A stretch of DNA of 64,000 bases from Octopus sinensis. Its lineage: Eukaryota. Both the position numbers and the translations under genes were made by a program. The DNA lies in contig NC_043001.1 in the NCBI RefSeq assembly GCF_006345805.1, positions 105,896,001 through 105,960,000 on the forward strand, written 5' to 3'. Numbering within the stretch: the first letter of the stretch is position 1; every line of letters begins with the position of its first letter. This document shows positions 40,780 to 54,301 of the stretch, in pieces. The notes beneath the pieces are model-generated. The model searched no databases, was not told the DNA's origin, and saw only the letters and a program-made list of their open reading frames with translations.

Positions 40780-41030
40780 ATCACCGAACCAAAAATACTC
40801 TGCATCAAAGGATGACTCTGCATATTTCCCGGATTAAAGTTCGCAAATACAGTAAAAGAGCATTCAGCGAACACATCCACATTTGCGCCACTAACGAACA
40901 ACCAAAATTCAGAATTTTCCCCCTCTATAAATTCAGGGACCATGCAGCCTGTAATCGGCACATTAACAACGAGTCATATTTTATCGCGAAATATAAACCC
41001 ATTTTGAATGCGTCCGCCATAAATGACACT
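40780..41030 (+). mobile_element. Penelope-like element GIY-YIG endonuclease C-terminal relic
   Basis: TKNTLHQRMTLHISRIKVRKYSKRAFSEHIHICATNEQPKFRIFPLYKF...NESYFIAKYKPILN, matching the LxxRxxxH...SxH...ExxxIxxxxPxLN pattern of PLE endonucleases. Confidence 0.75.
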
Positions 41031-41224
41031 AATACAAGGGCCTAAGAATAACAGCTACGCAAATATTAAAAACGATGTATTCAGAACAGTGACTCCCCAT
41101 GAATTTATTCTGACCAATTCCACTCAATACTATAATAACCACAACAAGACACTTTTAGGTCACTTGACCATTTAAGAACCTTCCACCAACATCCTACTGC
41201 GTCTTATTCTTTCTCCTCTTTTCT

Positions 41225-41367
41225 TACTCCCGCTTTTCTTGTTCTTCTTGTTCTTCTTCTTCTTCTTCTTCTTCTTCTTCTTCTTCTTGTTCTTCTTCTT
41301 CTTCTTCTTCTTCTTCTTCTTCTTCTTCTTCTTCTTCTTCTTCTTCTTCTTCTTCTTCTTCTTCTTC
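41225..41367. repeat. (TTC)n microsatellite
   Basis: Direct inspection; source of the poly-R and poly-F ORFs. Confidence 0.95.
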
Positions 41368-41563
41368 GCCCCCTTCCTCTGTTACTGCTGCTTAAACAAT
41401 CAAAACCAACAACGTACATCCGCCATATCAAGTATTCTTTTAGATCTTTTACTTACCACCTACTACCTTTTAGCTAACGTGAATGTGAAGTCGATGTGGA
41501 AATCTTCACTGATCATACACACTCTCTCTCTCTCTCTCTCTCTCTCCATATATATATATATAT

Positions 41564-41604
<41 letters not shown>

Positions 41605-43201
41605 ATACTATGATTAATACGATGCTATGTGTCCAGGTCCACTTTAGCCTTTTAGTTAATTTCTCCTTATCTCAACCTGTCAGATACGCGAAACTTTCTC
41701 ATTTGATTTCTGAACTGTCTAAAATTCCCTCTACAAGTTGCACTAATATACTGTACATTTCGACGTGAAATTCCCACTACAAATACTGTCTAATATTAAT
41801 GAAACAGATGGAACTAGAAATTTTCAAGTCACTTGAAGTTGTCCGCCATTCTGCCCCAGTTCACCATTCATCGCAAAAATGTTTAACAAGTTTATCTGCA
41901 AATCAAGGTCATACTATATCCAACGATTTAACCAACTTACAATATAAACAAAAGCCAAGACACCTTTATGACTTACGTTGCGGTCATTGGATGATCTACC
42001 AATAAGTTTGTAATCGACATTTTATTTCTGGATATGCCCACATGTGCACATTTATGACGTAGTTGTTTACAAAGAGCGTATGAGATATACTACGGAAGCC
42101 TTTGCCGGATGTTATTTTTGATGTGTATATTTATATGCATTTCCTTGTGTTTTTTTTTTTTTATTTATCCAGTTAACATGTCTGTGTTTAACACGAATTT
42201 CTACTGAAGAAATAATATTTCGTTTGTGTTTTAAGAATTTTGTGTAGTTTTAGGATTAAAGTTTTGCTTTGATAATTTGTGGTCACAATTTTAGGTAGTT
42301 TATAGAGATTTTTCCTTATTTTCTGTAGTTGCGTATGCCTTTATAGGTTTCTTTGCTGTTGCTTTTGTCTTTGGTGCTATATTTAATTACAAACGAAGAT
42401 CAAGCTTGTGTGTAAAATTCTCAAGTATACATTTCTCAAGTGCACATCAAATAATGATGCCGATGGAACGTTCACGCGAGTAACAGTATATGCTATTCTT
42501 ATAATGAACATAAAAAGTTGCCATTGAGCAGAATGTCAGAAAGGCCTTAAAGCAGAAACTATCGACAATTTTCTCTGTACCATGTTAGACACGAACTTGT
42601 GAATAGAAAACACACCTGCCATCTTGGGTTGGATAGGGCCGGCTGCTTTCTTGAGTCAGGTGGCTCTTGCAAAGGAATTTAGTATGTTGTGTATGACTGT
42701 AAGGACAGTGGGCAAACTGGTGTCACATCCACTGCGACATCTTCACGTTCTCTTTGGGCAGAAGATTGACGGTGGAATAGAAGATTCTATCTATCTTGTA
42801 ATGATGGAAATTTCACGGTTAAATGGGACTATACTTAACATGCGACTCTACAATTCAGAATACAGTTAGGAGGCTTTAGATTAATTCTACAAACATTAAC
42901 TTACTTTGGACTTACGATGTGATTTTTCTCTTGGAATATTATCTTATATATGTACAGTGATGCTGTTTCATATCTCTTCTCTCTTACCTGTTGCAGCCAT
43001 CAGGCTGTGGCCATGCTGGGGCACTACCATAAAGAATTCTAGTCAAATGAACAGACGTCAGTACTTAAGTTTTTAAGCTTGATATTTATTCTCGTGGTCT
43101 CGTTTGCTGGCCTGCTCAATCGCGGGCCTAAACACATACCGTCTAGTTATTAAGTGGTTGTGGGGGAGGAAAAAATTCAGACACGAGCGCGCACATATGT
43201 A

Positions 43202-43279
43202 CAGTAATCTCTCGACTATCGCGGGTGTTACGTTCCACAAACATACGCGATATGTGAAACGCGATATGGCACGGGTATA

Positions 43280-43282
<3 letters not shown>
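43202..43282. mobile_element. Short pogo/Tigger-like MITE, same family as 3486
   Basis: TA-CAGTAATCTCTCGACTATCGCGGGTGTTACGTTCC...CGCGATATGGCACGGGTATACTG-TA. Confidence 0.75.
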
Positions 43283-43316
<34 letters not shown>

Positions 43317-43504
43317 AAAAAAGCAACAAGAATGGATTAAAATCTCGGTACGATCGTTTATATATATATATATATATATATACAAATAATATACAAATAA
43401 ATATTTGTAAATATAAACCATCCGATTTTCTGAGTACCTCATTTCTTCTAATATAAATTACCTGTACATCATCTCCAAACCTTCCAATATATATATATCC
43501 ATTA

Positions 43505-43950
<446 letters not shown>

Positions 43951-44062
43951 TACCTTCATGAGAATTTTGAATAAAAAGCTAGTAATTATATTGGTTCCAG
44001 CATCTCTGAAAGAAAGGAAACTACATTATTACTATTATTATTAGTATTATTATCATTATTAA

Positions 44063-44104
<42 letters not shown>

Positions 44105-44700
44105 TGTTATCTTTTTTTCTTCTTCTTTCAAATTTGCTTCCATTTCTTGCCGAGTGTTTTCCCAACTCCTAGGGCAAAGTAATTCATAGTATACACTGGT
44201 AGGCCATTGTATACTAGTTCGTTCATTTTTTTTTTATAGAAATAAAGTTGAATTAAAATACATGGGTAGTAATAGTTCTCACATCGACAATGCTCTTCTC
44301 AATACGTGTGATGTACCAGTTAAGACAATCTTTTGCATTTCTAGCAGGGATGGTAAGCCAGAGATCATTCTCATATAATTTTCGGTTCCCTTCTTGATCA
44401 TTCCTAGTGCTCCTACGATCACTGGTATTGTAACCGCCTTGAGATGCCACATTTTCTCAATTTCAATGAGCAGGTCTTTATATTTTCTGAGCTTGTCAAA
44501 CTCTTTCACCGATATATTATGATCACAGGGGATGCTCATGTCGATCAATAAACGAACTTTATTGTTTTAGTCTTTCACAACAATATCCAGTTTATTGACT
44601 TTGATGGTTCGGTCTGTATGTACTGGAAAGTCCCACAGAATCGTTACATTTTCTCCTTCAGTTACAGCTTCAGGGTGGTGATTATACCACTTGTCGGCAG
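44105..44700 (-). mobile_element. R4/Dong-type LINE 3' end (RLE domain + 3' UTR), embedded in (TAA)n
   Basis: KWYNHHPEAVTEGENVTILWDFPVHTDRTIKVNKLDIVVKD, then IDMSIPCDHNISVKEFDKLRKYKDLLIEIEKMWHLKAVTIPVIVGALG...QKIVLTGTSHVLRRAL; (TAA)n on both sides. Confidence 0.9.
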
Positions 44701-44789
44701 TTTTCACCACCCTGAAGCTGTAACTGAAGGAGAAAATGTAACGATTCTGTGGGACTTTCCAGTACATACAGACCGAATCATCAAAGCCA

Positions 44790-44823
<34 letters not shown>

Positions 44824-45190
44824 TATTATTATTATTATATTATCAATATTATTATTATTATTATATTATATTATTATTATTATTATTATTATCAATATTA
44901 TTTTGGTTGGTTGTTCTTTCCACTGTTCTTTATTTGTTTCGCTTCACATTTTTTGTTTGTTTCACTGGCGTGGCACCATCCTAATTTTCTTACTTGCACT
45001 TTTAGCGCTATATTGTGACCAAAATTTATTCATCTTGTTCGTTTATCAGTTTATCATCATCATTTTCATCATCATCATCATCATCATCATCTTCTCCGTA
45101 TTATTATTATTATTATTATTTGTAGTAGTAGTAGTAGTAGTAGTAGTTGTTGTTATTGTTGTTATTGCTGTGGTAGTGGTGGTGGTGGTG
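44790..45190. repeat. (TTA)n/(TCA)n/(GTA)n/(GTG)n low-complexity tract
   Basis: Direct inspection. Confidence 0.9.
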
Positions 45191-45711
45191 ATAATTGATG
45201 TTTTTTTGCTTTAACTGTTATGTCTCACACCGTAGATATCAATAGTTCGATATATATATGTATCGATTATTTGTTCAGATGATTTTAAACACGCAACTTC
45301 TTTAAAGAGGAAGTGGCTCTATATTCTATAATATGAAGGAAGTATAGAATATGAAGCGGTGTTTGCCAAAAGAAATGAAGGAATATTGTTCTCCGCTTGG
45401 TTAATAAAGCACAACTCTCACAATCCTTTCCTCAGTGTACACATATATGATGAATAATTTAACGGTGCGTATTTGGCTTTTTTCATAGAATTCAATTAAT
45501 ACATAAAATTATAAATTCGAGCAGAAAGGAATGTACCAAAATAATTGTGTAGACGCGGGCGTGGCTGTGTGGTATGAGCTTTACTTCTGGACTAAATAGT
45601 TCCTGGTTCAGTCTCACAGCGTGGCACATTAGGCTTCTACTGTAACCTCGTGCTATTGTGGATTTGGTAGATGGCAACTGAAGGAAGCCCACCATCTATT
45701 TATCTGTTTAT

Positions 45712-45809
<98 letters not shown>

Positions 45810-46084
45810 GTCGTATACTTCCTGCATGTTTTAGAAAAGTCATCATAGAATGTCTCCCGGATGTTGTACGTCATGTTTTTTTCACCCCCATTTTCTTTTT
45901 TGCCGTATAAAATAAGGGTGAGCTACTCTCTACCCCACGCATATATGACACTCGATTGCGAAATTACTACGCAATAACCAACACTTGGTTGTTAATAATT
46001 GGGTACATTACCAACAGTATATTGGATAGATAATATCCCTTCGTTGGTTGACTTCCCAACTTCTAACACTCACGGATATATATA

Positions 46085-46260
46085 TATAGTTAATCCAAAC
46101 AAGAAAACAAAAAAAACACAACAACGCGAGGACGTGGAACAAATATAGTATTATTGGACGCTCATGAAAGAAGGGAAGAAGGAGGGTTTAACGTTTCGAG
46201 CGGAGCTCCTCGTCGGAAACATAGGAGAAGGAAAGATCCCGTGAAGGGAAGACAGAGGGA
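46085..46260 (-). mobile_element. Penelope-like pLTR/3' tail fragment with minimal hammerhead-like motif
   Basis: Minus strand: pyrimidine tract, GTTT-CCGACGA-G-GAGC-TCC-GCTC-GAAACGTT-AAAC, then T-rich tail. Confidence 0.65.
46186..46220 (-). ncRNA. Minimal type I hammerhead ribozyme-like motif (U4C core variant)
   Basis: Stem I GUUU/AAAC, stem II GAGC/GCUC, GAAA followed by palindromic ACGU stem III, putative cleavage after GUU. Confidence 0.55.
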
Positions 46261-47440
46261 AAAAAACATATATATATATACATATACATTTATTTTTCTT
46301 CTTTTTCTCCCTCCCCACTCTCTCACATTTTTGGCCCTCTCTATCTTAACTCCCACTATTTCCCACTCGTTTATCTCCCCTATAGCTTCCTCTTTGTCTC
46401 TGATTTTTTTTTATCCTTCAATTTCACTGCCCCCTACCCATCTATCCTCCTTCAACGTGACTGGAGTCCGGCCAGCAACCTAGGTGGTTGGCAGGCGAAA
46501 TAGCATTATTTATTTATAAATTTGCACAAAGCATAAGGGTGCATAAACGCTAGAAATAAGAGCTAAAGCCTTAATTAAAACATTGTACATCACCAAGGTA
46601 ACAGAGAAATAACAGTAGGCGAGGAAATGGAAAGAATTAATACATTCAAAAGCACGACTATAAAAGATTATGCAGTTTAGGACATTCACATAGCTGGGAT
46701 TCGGCTTTTGGAAATTTAATCCTTGAGCCCTTTCAGTGTAGACCACCTAGTAACAATTCAAGATCACGTAGTAACAATTAAACTCCGCTAGTGTACAGGT
46801 TTTGTTTTTCTCCAAAAACACAGGACATGGTGCGGAAATATTTCTAAATAAAACATTCAAACACTAAAATTAAATACGGACCAGTTACGCACTGGGGTCG
46901 ATGTAATCGACTTAATCTCTTTGTCTGTCTTTGTTTGTCCCCTGTATGTTTAGCCCCCTGTGAGCAATAATTAAATAAATATATTTTGACACAGGGAATA
47001 TTATGCAAATTATGAATGTACATGCTGAAAATATTTCTAAGGCGATCCAAAATTAATCAAATTCGGAGTGAAATATTGGCTTTAAAACATTTTGTTAATT
47101 TTCGGATTTATTAATTTCAAAAATATGCTTTATGTCTAATAATGTAATAATGTTGACGCGACAGAAACTATTGTCAGTTTTGTATGGTGAATTTAATAAT
47201 TAAAGATACGAATTTCTCCATCCGTATTTTTGTTGCTACGTTGTTGTATTGTAACACACACACACACACACACACACCACACACACACACACATACACAC
47301 GCATTCATGGAAAATCATAATATATGCACATATCTATAACTATATCTATATAGCTATCTTATACACAATAGTTATATGTCCAAGTGTGCATTATGCGCGT
47401 GTTCTTGTGTATATATATGTATCTACGCATGTATATGCAC

Positions 47441-47471
<31 letters not shown>

Positions 47472-47934
47472 AACGCCTGACTTCTCCAGAGATTCAAATT
47501 ACGAAATGTGATTCAGAGGAAAGTATTCACCGAAGAAGTGCTGCGCAAATCCACCATGAACTTGAATTACGAACGGAAACGTTTTGTTTTCTAGTTATCC
47601 ATTGAAACAAACAGCTGCGCTTTTCAAGCTCTCTATTTAAGCAAACACAGGAATACAACATCATATAAACAGTGTTTATTCGATAAAGTTCTGTCGGTTT
47701 TTCAGAATTCGTCCTTTTAGAGGTTTTACCCCCTCCTCAGTCAGAGTTTCGGACATTAACATAATTTCAATAAACCAATAATTAATTTTGCATCTTGCAT
47801 ATTTTTACTCTAAACAGAATCGTAATTTTCCGTTCAAATACACACAAAACACTCATTGTTTTTCATTTGTCTGTATTCTTCCTATCTTTCCGCCTTCCAT
47901 ATATTTCTTTCTCTCTCTCTCTCTCTCTCTCTGT

Positions 47935-48370
47935 GGTAAGTAGCATGCTTACGAACTACATGGTTACGGCTTCAGTCCCACTGCGTGGCACCCTGGGGAA
48001 AGTGTCTTCTGCTTTAGCCTCGGGCCAACCAAAGACTTGTGAGTGGATTGGTCGACGGAAAATGAAAGTAGCCCGTCGTATGTATATATATATATATATG
48101 TGTGTGTGTGTGGATGTGTGTGTGTGCGTGGGTGTGTACGCGCGCGTGTGTGTGTATATGCTGTGTGTATGTGTTTGTTCCCCCAACATCGCTTGACAAC
48201 CGATGCTGGTGTGTTTACGTCCCCGTAACTTAGCGGTTCGGCAAAAAAGACCGATAGAATAAGTACTAGGCTTACAAAGAATAAGTCCTGGGGTCGATTT
48301 GCTCGACTAAAAGTGGTGCTCTAGCATGGCCACAGTCAAATGACTGAAGCAAATAAAAGAGTAAAAGAGT
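47935..48370 (+). mobile_element. SINE family A copy
   Basis: Match to family A across both halves. Confidence 0.88.
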
Positions 48371-48376
48371 ATATAA

Positions 48377-48407
<31 letters not shown>

Positions 48408-49026
48408 GAGAGAGACAGAGAGACAGAGAGAGAGAAAGAAGGAAAGAAATTCACACACACACACACACACGCACACACACACACATACTGGCAATGTGAT
48501 AAGGCGTTTGTTGCACCCACTCTTGACAATCTGTGCTGGTTTGTTTACGTTACCTAAGAGTTCGGCAAGAATGCCTGATAGAATAAGTACCAGAGTTAGA
48601 AAAAATAAGTCCTGGGCTCGCTTCATTCGAGTTAAACTTCAAGCCGATCCTCCAACATGGCTGCAGTTTGAAACGATACAACATAGAAAATAAAGCATAA
48701 ATGTATATACATGTATATAGAATATATATCGTACCTCCCCATTTTGCTGAATCAGCTATTGATGGACCTGAAAAATGCTATACACTGATAGTTGGGATCG
48801 AGCGAAACCATCCAGTGATGGAGTAGTCACCACTGAGGCGTTTTAATTCGAAGCGAAACCAGTCTAGTATAGTGACCTCGCACGACGTGGGACAGTTATC
48901 TCCCCTGTCCGCATATAGACACGAGCCTCCTGCGGCTATGAGGGCTTTTAGGTCTTATTTCTAGCAATGCATGTGCTACACTGCCTCGCCAGTCACAGAT
49001 AGTGACACCTGCATACACACACACAC

Positions 49027-49075
<49 letters not shown>

Positions 49076-49081
49076 ACATAT

Positions 49082-49325
49082 TCTTGTATTCTTTTACTTG
49101 CTTCAGTCATTTGACAGCGGCCATGCTGGAGCACCACGTTTAGTCGAACAAATTGACCCCAGGGCTTAGTCTTTGTAAGCCTAGTACTTATTCTATCGCT
49201 CTATTTTGCCGAACCGCTAAGTGACGGGGACGTAAACAAAACAACATCAGTTGACAAGCAATTGTGGGGGTAAGAAACACAGACACAAATAACAAAGACA
49301 CACAGACACACACACGCACACACAC

Positions 49326-49375
<50 letters not shown>

Positions 49376-49520
49376 CGACGAGCTTGTTTTATTTTTCCGT
49401 TGGCCAAATCCATTCACAAGGCTTTGGTCAGCCCAAGGCTGCAGTAGAAGACACTTGCCCAACGAACACAGAACCATGTGGTTGGGAAGCAAGTCTCTTA
49501 CCATACAGCCACCCCTTCGC
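49082..49520 (-). mobile_element. SINE family A copy
   Basis: Reverse-complement match to family A. Confidence 0.85.
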
Positions 49521-50217
49521 CTGTATGCATATATAGTTTCTATATCTGCATTTAATATTCGACAATGAACATTTTAACTTTTGTTTTTGTATAGTTTCTC
49601 TACCAGTGCCTATTCTGTCTGTTGTACTGAAAATTGCTTTGTTTCATTTCACAAAAATATAAAACATCTACAAGGAAAACGATACAATAAATTTTGCTTC
49701 TAAATTGATATCATGAAATCTTGCGTTTTACAATTGTGTGCACGTATGATAATAAACCTGTTAGAAGTATCGGAATTCTTTCAAATTGCACATAGCCGCT
49801 TCTTCGATTTCTGTCTAATTTGAAGTCTGCGCATTAAAATAATAATATACTAGTTTTTACACCCACATTCATTCTCTCATTAAACCATAATCATAAATGA
49901 ATATTCAAAGTATAGGAATGGTGTTAGTTCTATAGTTCTATGTAAATACGTAGTCTTTGTTCTGAGTTAACAATTCAAAACAAAATTATTTCCACTTAAA
50001 TCAATATTTTAACAAATTAGATTAGAATTCTGATCTTCCGTGGCATTTGAAAAGAGAACAGAGTATTTATAAATATTTAATATAACGAATTTATACGTTT
50101 ATGGGGCATATCTTGAAACTAAAATGCTAAATTTGGAAATTATATCAGATAATACACAGTTGTTTTCACTTAAAAAATAATACTGTTTCAGTAAAAGTAT
50201 AGTGTTATTGTAATTGT

Positions 50218-50470
50218 GGAGGCGCGTGGCTTAGTGGTTAGGGTGTCAGTGTCATGATCGTAAGATTGTGATTTCGATTCCTGGACCGGGCGGCGCGTTG
50301 TGTTCTTGAGCAAAACGTTTCATTTCACATTGCTCCAGTCCACTCACTTGGCATAAATGAGTAGCGCTGCGATGGACTGGCGTCCCGTTCGGCTGAGGAA
50401 CACATAAGCCATTGAAATCGGGAAACCAGGCCCATGAGCGTGCGTGGTTAGGCTTTAAAAGGGCGCATTT
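50218..50470 (+). mobile_element. SINE family D (tRNA-derived)
   Basis: GGAGGCGCGTGGCTTAGTGGTTAGG A box, GATTTCGATTCC B box, body GTTGTGTTCTTGAGCAA...TGCTCCAGTCCACTCA...AAATGAGTA...GCGATGGACTGGCGTCCCGT. Confidence 0.75.
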
Positions 50471-50534
50471 ATTTCTTATTTATTTGTTAATGTAATTATT
50501 GGACGAGTAATATCTGTAGTAGTATGAAAGATAC

Positions 50535-50960
50535 TGTTTTCAAATTTGAGCACAAGGCCAGCAATTTATGGAGTAAGTTGATTACATCGAAACCAGTGTA
50601 AAACTGGTACTTATTTTATTGACTCCGGAATTATGAAAGGCAATGTCGACCTCGGTAGTATTTGAAAGTAAAGACAGTTGACATGTCACTAATCATTTTC
50701 ACCAGCTTGCTAATGATTCTGCCAGCTCACTACCTAAATAAAAAATGATCTTAATTTTTTGTACAAGGCCAGCAATTTCAGTGGGGCGGGGTGCTAGTCG
50801 ATTACATCGAACACAGTTTTCAACTAGTACTTTTTACCGACCCTAAAAGATGAAAGGCGAAAATCGATGCAAGTGGAATTCGAACACAGAATGTAATGAC
50901 GGACGAAACGCCGCTAAGCATTTTCACCGGCACCTTAACGATTCTGCCAGCTCACCGCCG
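50535..50960 (-). mobile_element. Two tandem SINE family B copies
   Basis: Two successive reverse-complement matches (about 50535-50730 and 50755-50960), each with the CACAAGGCCAGCAATTT tail. Confidence 0.75.
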
Positions 50961-51441
50961 TAGTAGCGCAAAAAATATTAATATTTGAGTCAAGTGTTTT
51001 AAAAAGGAGATATACAATATAATCAATAAGGAGAGGAACATGTTTTGCATATTTTACACAAATTTTATTACTTGTATGCTTTACCTGTTCAGGAATTTAA
51101 TAAAGCAAATTCTATTAAAAATAATTTACTGTTTCAAAAATACATATGCAATTTTAAATACGTTTCACAAGATGAGGAGTTCAAGTAGTTGGAGTATAAT
51201 GTATGCGTATTTTATAACCGGAGCAGATGTGGCTATGTGGTAAAAAGCGTGTTTCCCGACAACATGGTGCTCGGTTCAGTCTCACTCCTTGGCACTTTGA
51301 GCATGTGTCTTCTGCTATAGCCTGGAGCCAATCAAAACCTTGGGACAGAATTTGCTAGACGGAAACTGAAAGATATATATATATATATAAGCATGGCCAC
51401 AGCTCATAAGCTGAAACTAGAATCAATCAATCAATCAATCA

Positions 51442-51517
<76 letters not shown>

Positions 51518-52207
51518 TTAGAGGAAAAGTAGAACAAAAAACCAACGCAGAACGAGTATCTCAAGTCATTTACAATAATATGTATAATGAGGCATAGTGA
51601 ATTTTAAATCTTACAGCTGTTTCTGGGGTATCCCAAGTGATTGGCTACCATGTCCGCACACTGGGTATTCCGTTGTTAAAGACAAGGTGAGTATGTATGA
51701 AGGTTATAGACGGAAATTTTCAGTCTGTAAGGAATGAAATAGAATAAAATTTAAAAGTAGATATAAGAATATAAACAAGAGAATAATAGTTCCCAGTTTA
51801 TCTTTTTCCAGAGGGTATGGAGGTTGGTCCGTACTTCTGCGAACGTATAAGTCCTTACGTATATAAGTCCCAGGTTAATCCAGGCAGTATTTTGTCAGTA
51901 TTTTTAATAATACATACACATACATACACATACATATTTACCGGTTTGTCAAAAGAGACCGAAAAAATAAGTGCTATGTCTACAAAGAATAAGTCCTGGG
52001 TTCGATTTGTTCGACCAAAGGCGGTGATCCTGTATGGTCGCAGTCAAATGACTAAAACAAATAAAAGTCTAAAAGCATATCAAGATATATTATTCATTAA
52101 ACTGAAGATCTGTTTCAAAACAACTCAAAAACCATGATTGTTCTCGGAAATACCATGTGCCGTTTTCTTTTGCACTCATAAATTCCATTTCATACGTGTA
52201 TATCTGT

Positions 52208-52876
52208 ATTCTCTTTTACTCTCTTTTACTTGTTTCAGTCATTTGACTGCGGCAATGCTGGAGCACCGCCTTTAATCGAGCAACTCGACCCCGGGACTTA
52301 TTCTTTTGTAAGCCCAGTACTTATTCTATCGGTCTCTTTGGCCGAACCGCTAAGTGGCGGGGACATAAACACACCAGCATCGGTTGTCAAGCAATGCTAG
52401 GGGGACAAACACAGACACACAAACATACACACGCATACATTATATATATATATATATACGACGGGCTTCATTCAGTTTCCGTCTACCAAATCCACTCACA
52501 AGGCTTTGGTAGGCCCGAGGCTATAGTAGAAGACATTTGCCCAAGGTGCCACGCAGTGGGACTGAACCCGGAACCATGTGATTGGTAAACAAGCTACTTA
52601 CGCTAAGTGGCGGGGACATAAACACACCAGCATCGGTTGTCAAGCAATGCTAGGGGGACAAACACAGACACACAAACACACACACGCGTACATATATATA
52701 TATATATGTATACGACGGACTTCATTCAGTTTCCGTCTACCAAATCCACTCACAAGGCTTTGGTCGGCCCGAGGCTATAGTAGAAGACATTTGCCCAAGG
52801 TGCCACGAAGTGGGACTGAACCCGGAACCATGTGATTGGTAAACAAGCTACTTACCACACAGCCACTCCTGCGCAT
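52208..52876 (-). mobile_element. SINE family A copy with internal 253-bp tandem duplication
   Basis: 52349-52601 is repeated at 52602-52855 with only a few substitutions. Confidence 0.9.
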
Positions 52877-54227
52877 TCATGTATGTAAAAATATATAGAC
52901 GACGAGCTCGATCTCTTATAACCAAAGAGAACTACGATTCAAAACGTTAGAATGAACTGAATATGAAGGAGATCAAAATATAGAAATATCAGACGTTGGC
53001 GATTAAGAATTTGGCAATAAACTAAAATCTTCCCTAGCTTCAAATTTGCTACTTGTGCCTCAGCGACGTGACGTCAACAGCCTTAATCATTTTTATCGTT
53101 ATTGATTCTGGAAGCGCTCTGATGAAATTCCTCTCTTAGTTCCAGTTCACTTTGTCTCATCTCACTTGACTTAAAACTCACAATCTTCTTCAAATTACTT
53201 CTTTCACGAATAAGGAAGCCTTTCAGCGGTTAAACCATTTTCCCTCGAACTACCAGACTTCGGAATTCATTTCCATCTTATTGTTTTCCTCCATTTTATG
53301 ACCTGTACACTTAATGTCTAAAATAAATACATTCTTCTCACCTTAATTTCACCTTAATAAATCCTGTCATTAAGTGGCTTCTCGCTTATTTTGGAATATT
53401 CTATTAAACAATATATATACTTGTAGAATTAAAAAAGAAAGACCATATTGCTGCAGATTGAGACGATTCGTTCGGGAGATAAAACAATGTATTGAAATTG
53501 TGGTAATAATGAAAATAGGCAAGCTGGAAGACGAACTTAGATATCGGTAAGATAATTGACGTAATTTCTACAAAAGTTGCATTAATTACAATTGAAGGGT
53601 CATACCTCATGAAAACGTATCTCATTGGAAATTATAATAACCAAAAATAAGACGTGTGAAATGGATAATAGATACATAATAAGGAGTCCCTCTGTGTTTA
53701 AATATACTGAGAATAAAAAGCGGGTGCTTAAAAATGAAGAGTCCCATTGGATAAGTTAGTGGATAAATTTAGTATTTTCGGTTGGCTTATGTGTTTGATT
53801 TCTAATCTCAGGTAGAATGGTACTATTCTTTCCTTGTTTTGGCAGCAGATCACCTGTCTTTAAAATGGTTTTCGTTGGAGTTGTGAGTGTTTATGTGGGA
53901 ATTTTGTATTTTTCTGTATGTAAATATTTTAGGTTGGCTATTCATGGTTGAGTATGTTCTTCGTTGTTGGATTTCAGGTTGACTCAGTTTTATATTGTTG
54001 CTCCATGTGCTTCGTTTGGGTCTTTTCTGTGTATATTTGTTTATATGTGTACTGGTAAGAAAAGAACTTATGCTATTTTATCAACCAGTAAAACATATAT
54101 TTTTCAGTTTCGAAACGGCTACTTGAAGCTCGAAACTTTTATCAGAGTAACTCACTGTAAACATTATTGGTAAGATTAAAAGAAAAATTATTCCCCTCAC
54201 AAAAACCCATCTCTACTCATTCTTTCA

Positions 54228-54299
<72 letters not shown>

Positions 54300-54301
<2 letters not shown>

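Noticed and set aside
42624-42869. 81-aa ORF in a moderately GC-rich patch
   Set aside because: No recognisable motif or splice support in any frame I checked.
54100-54140. GGCT...AGCTCGAAAC motif
   Set aside because: Possible decayed PLE tail, but there is no core or GUH triplet.
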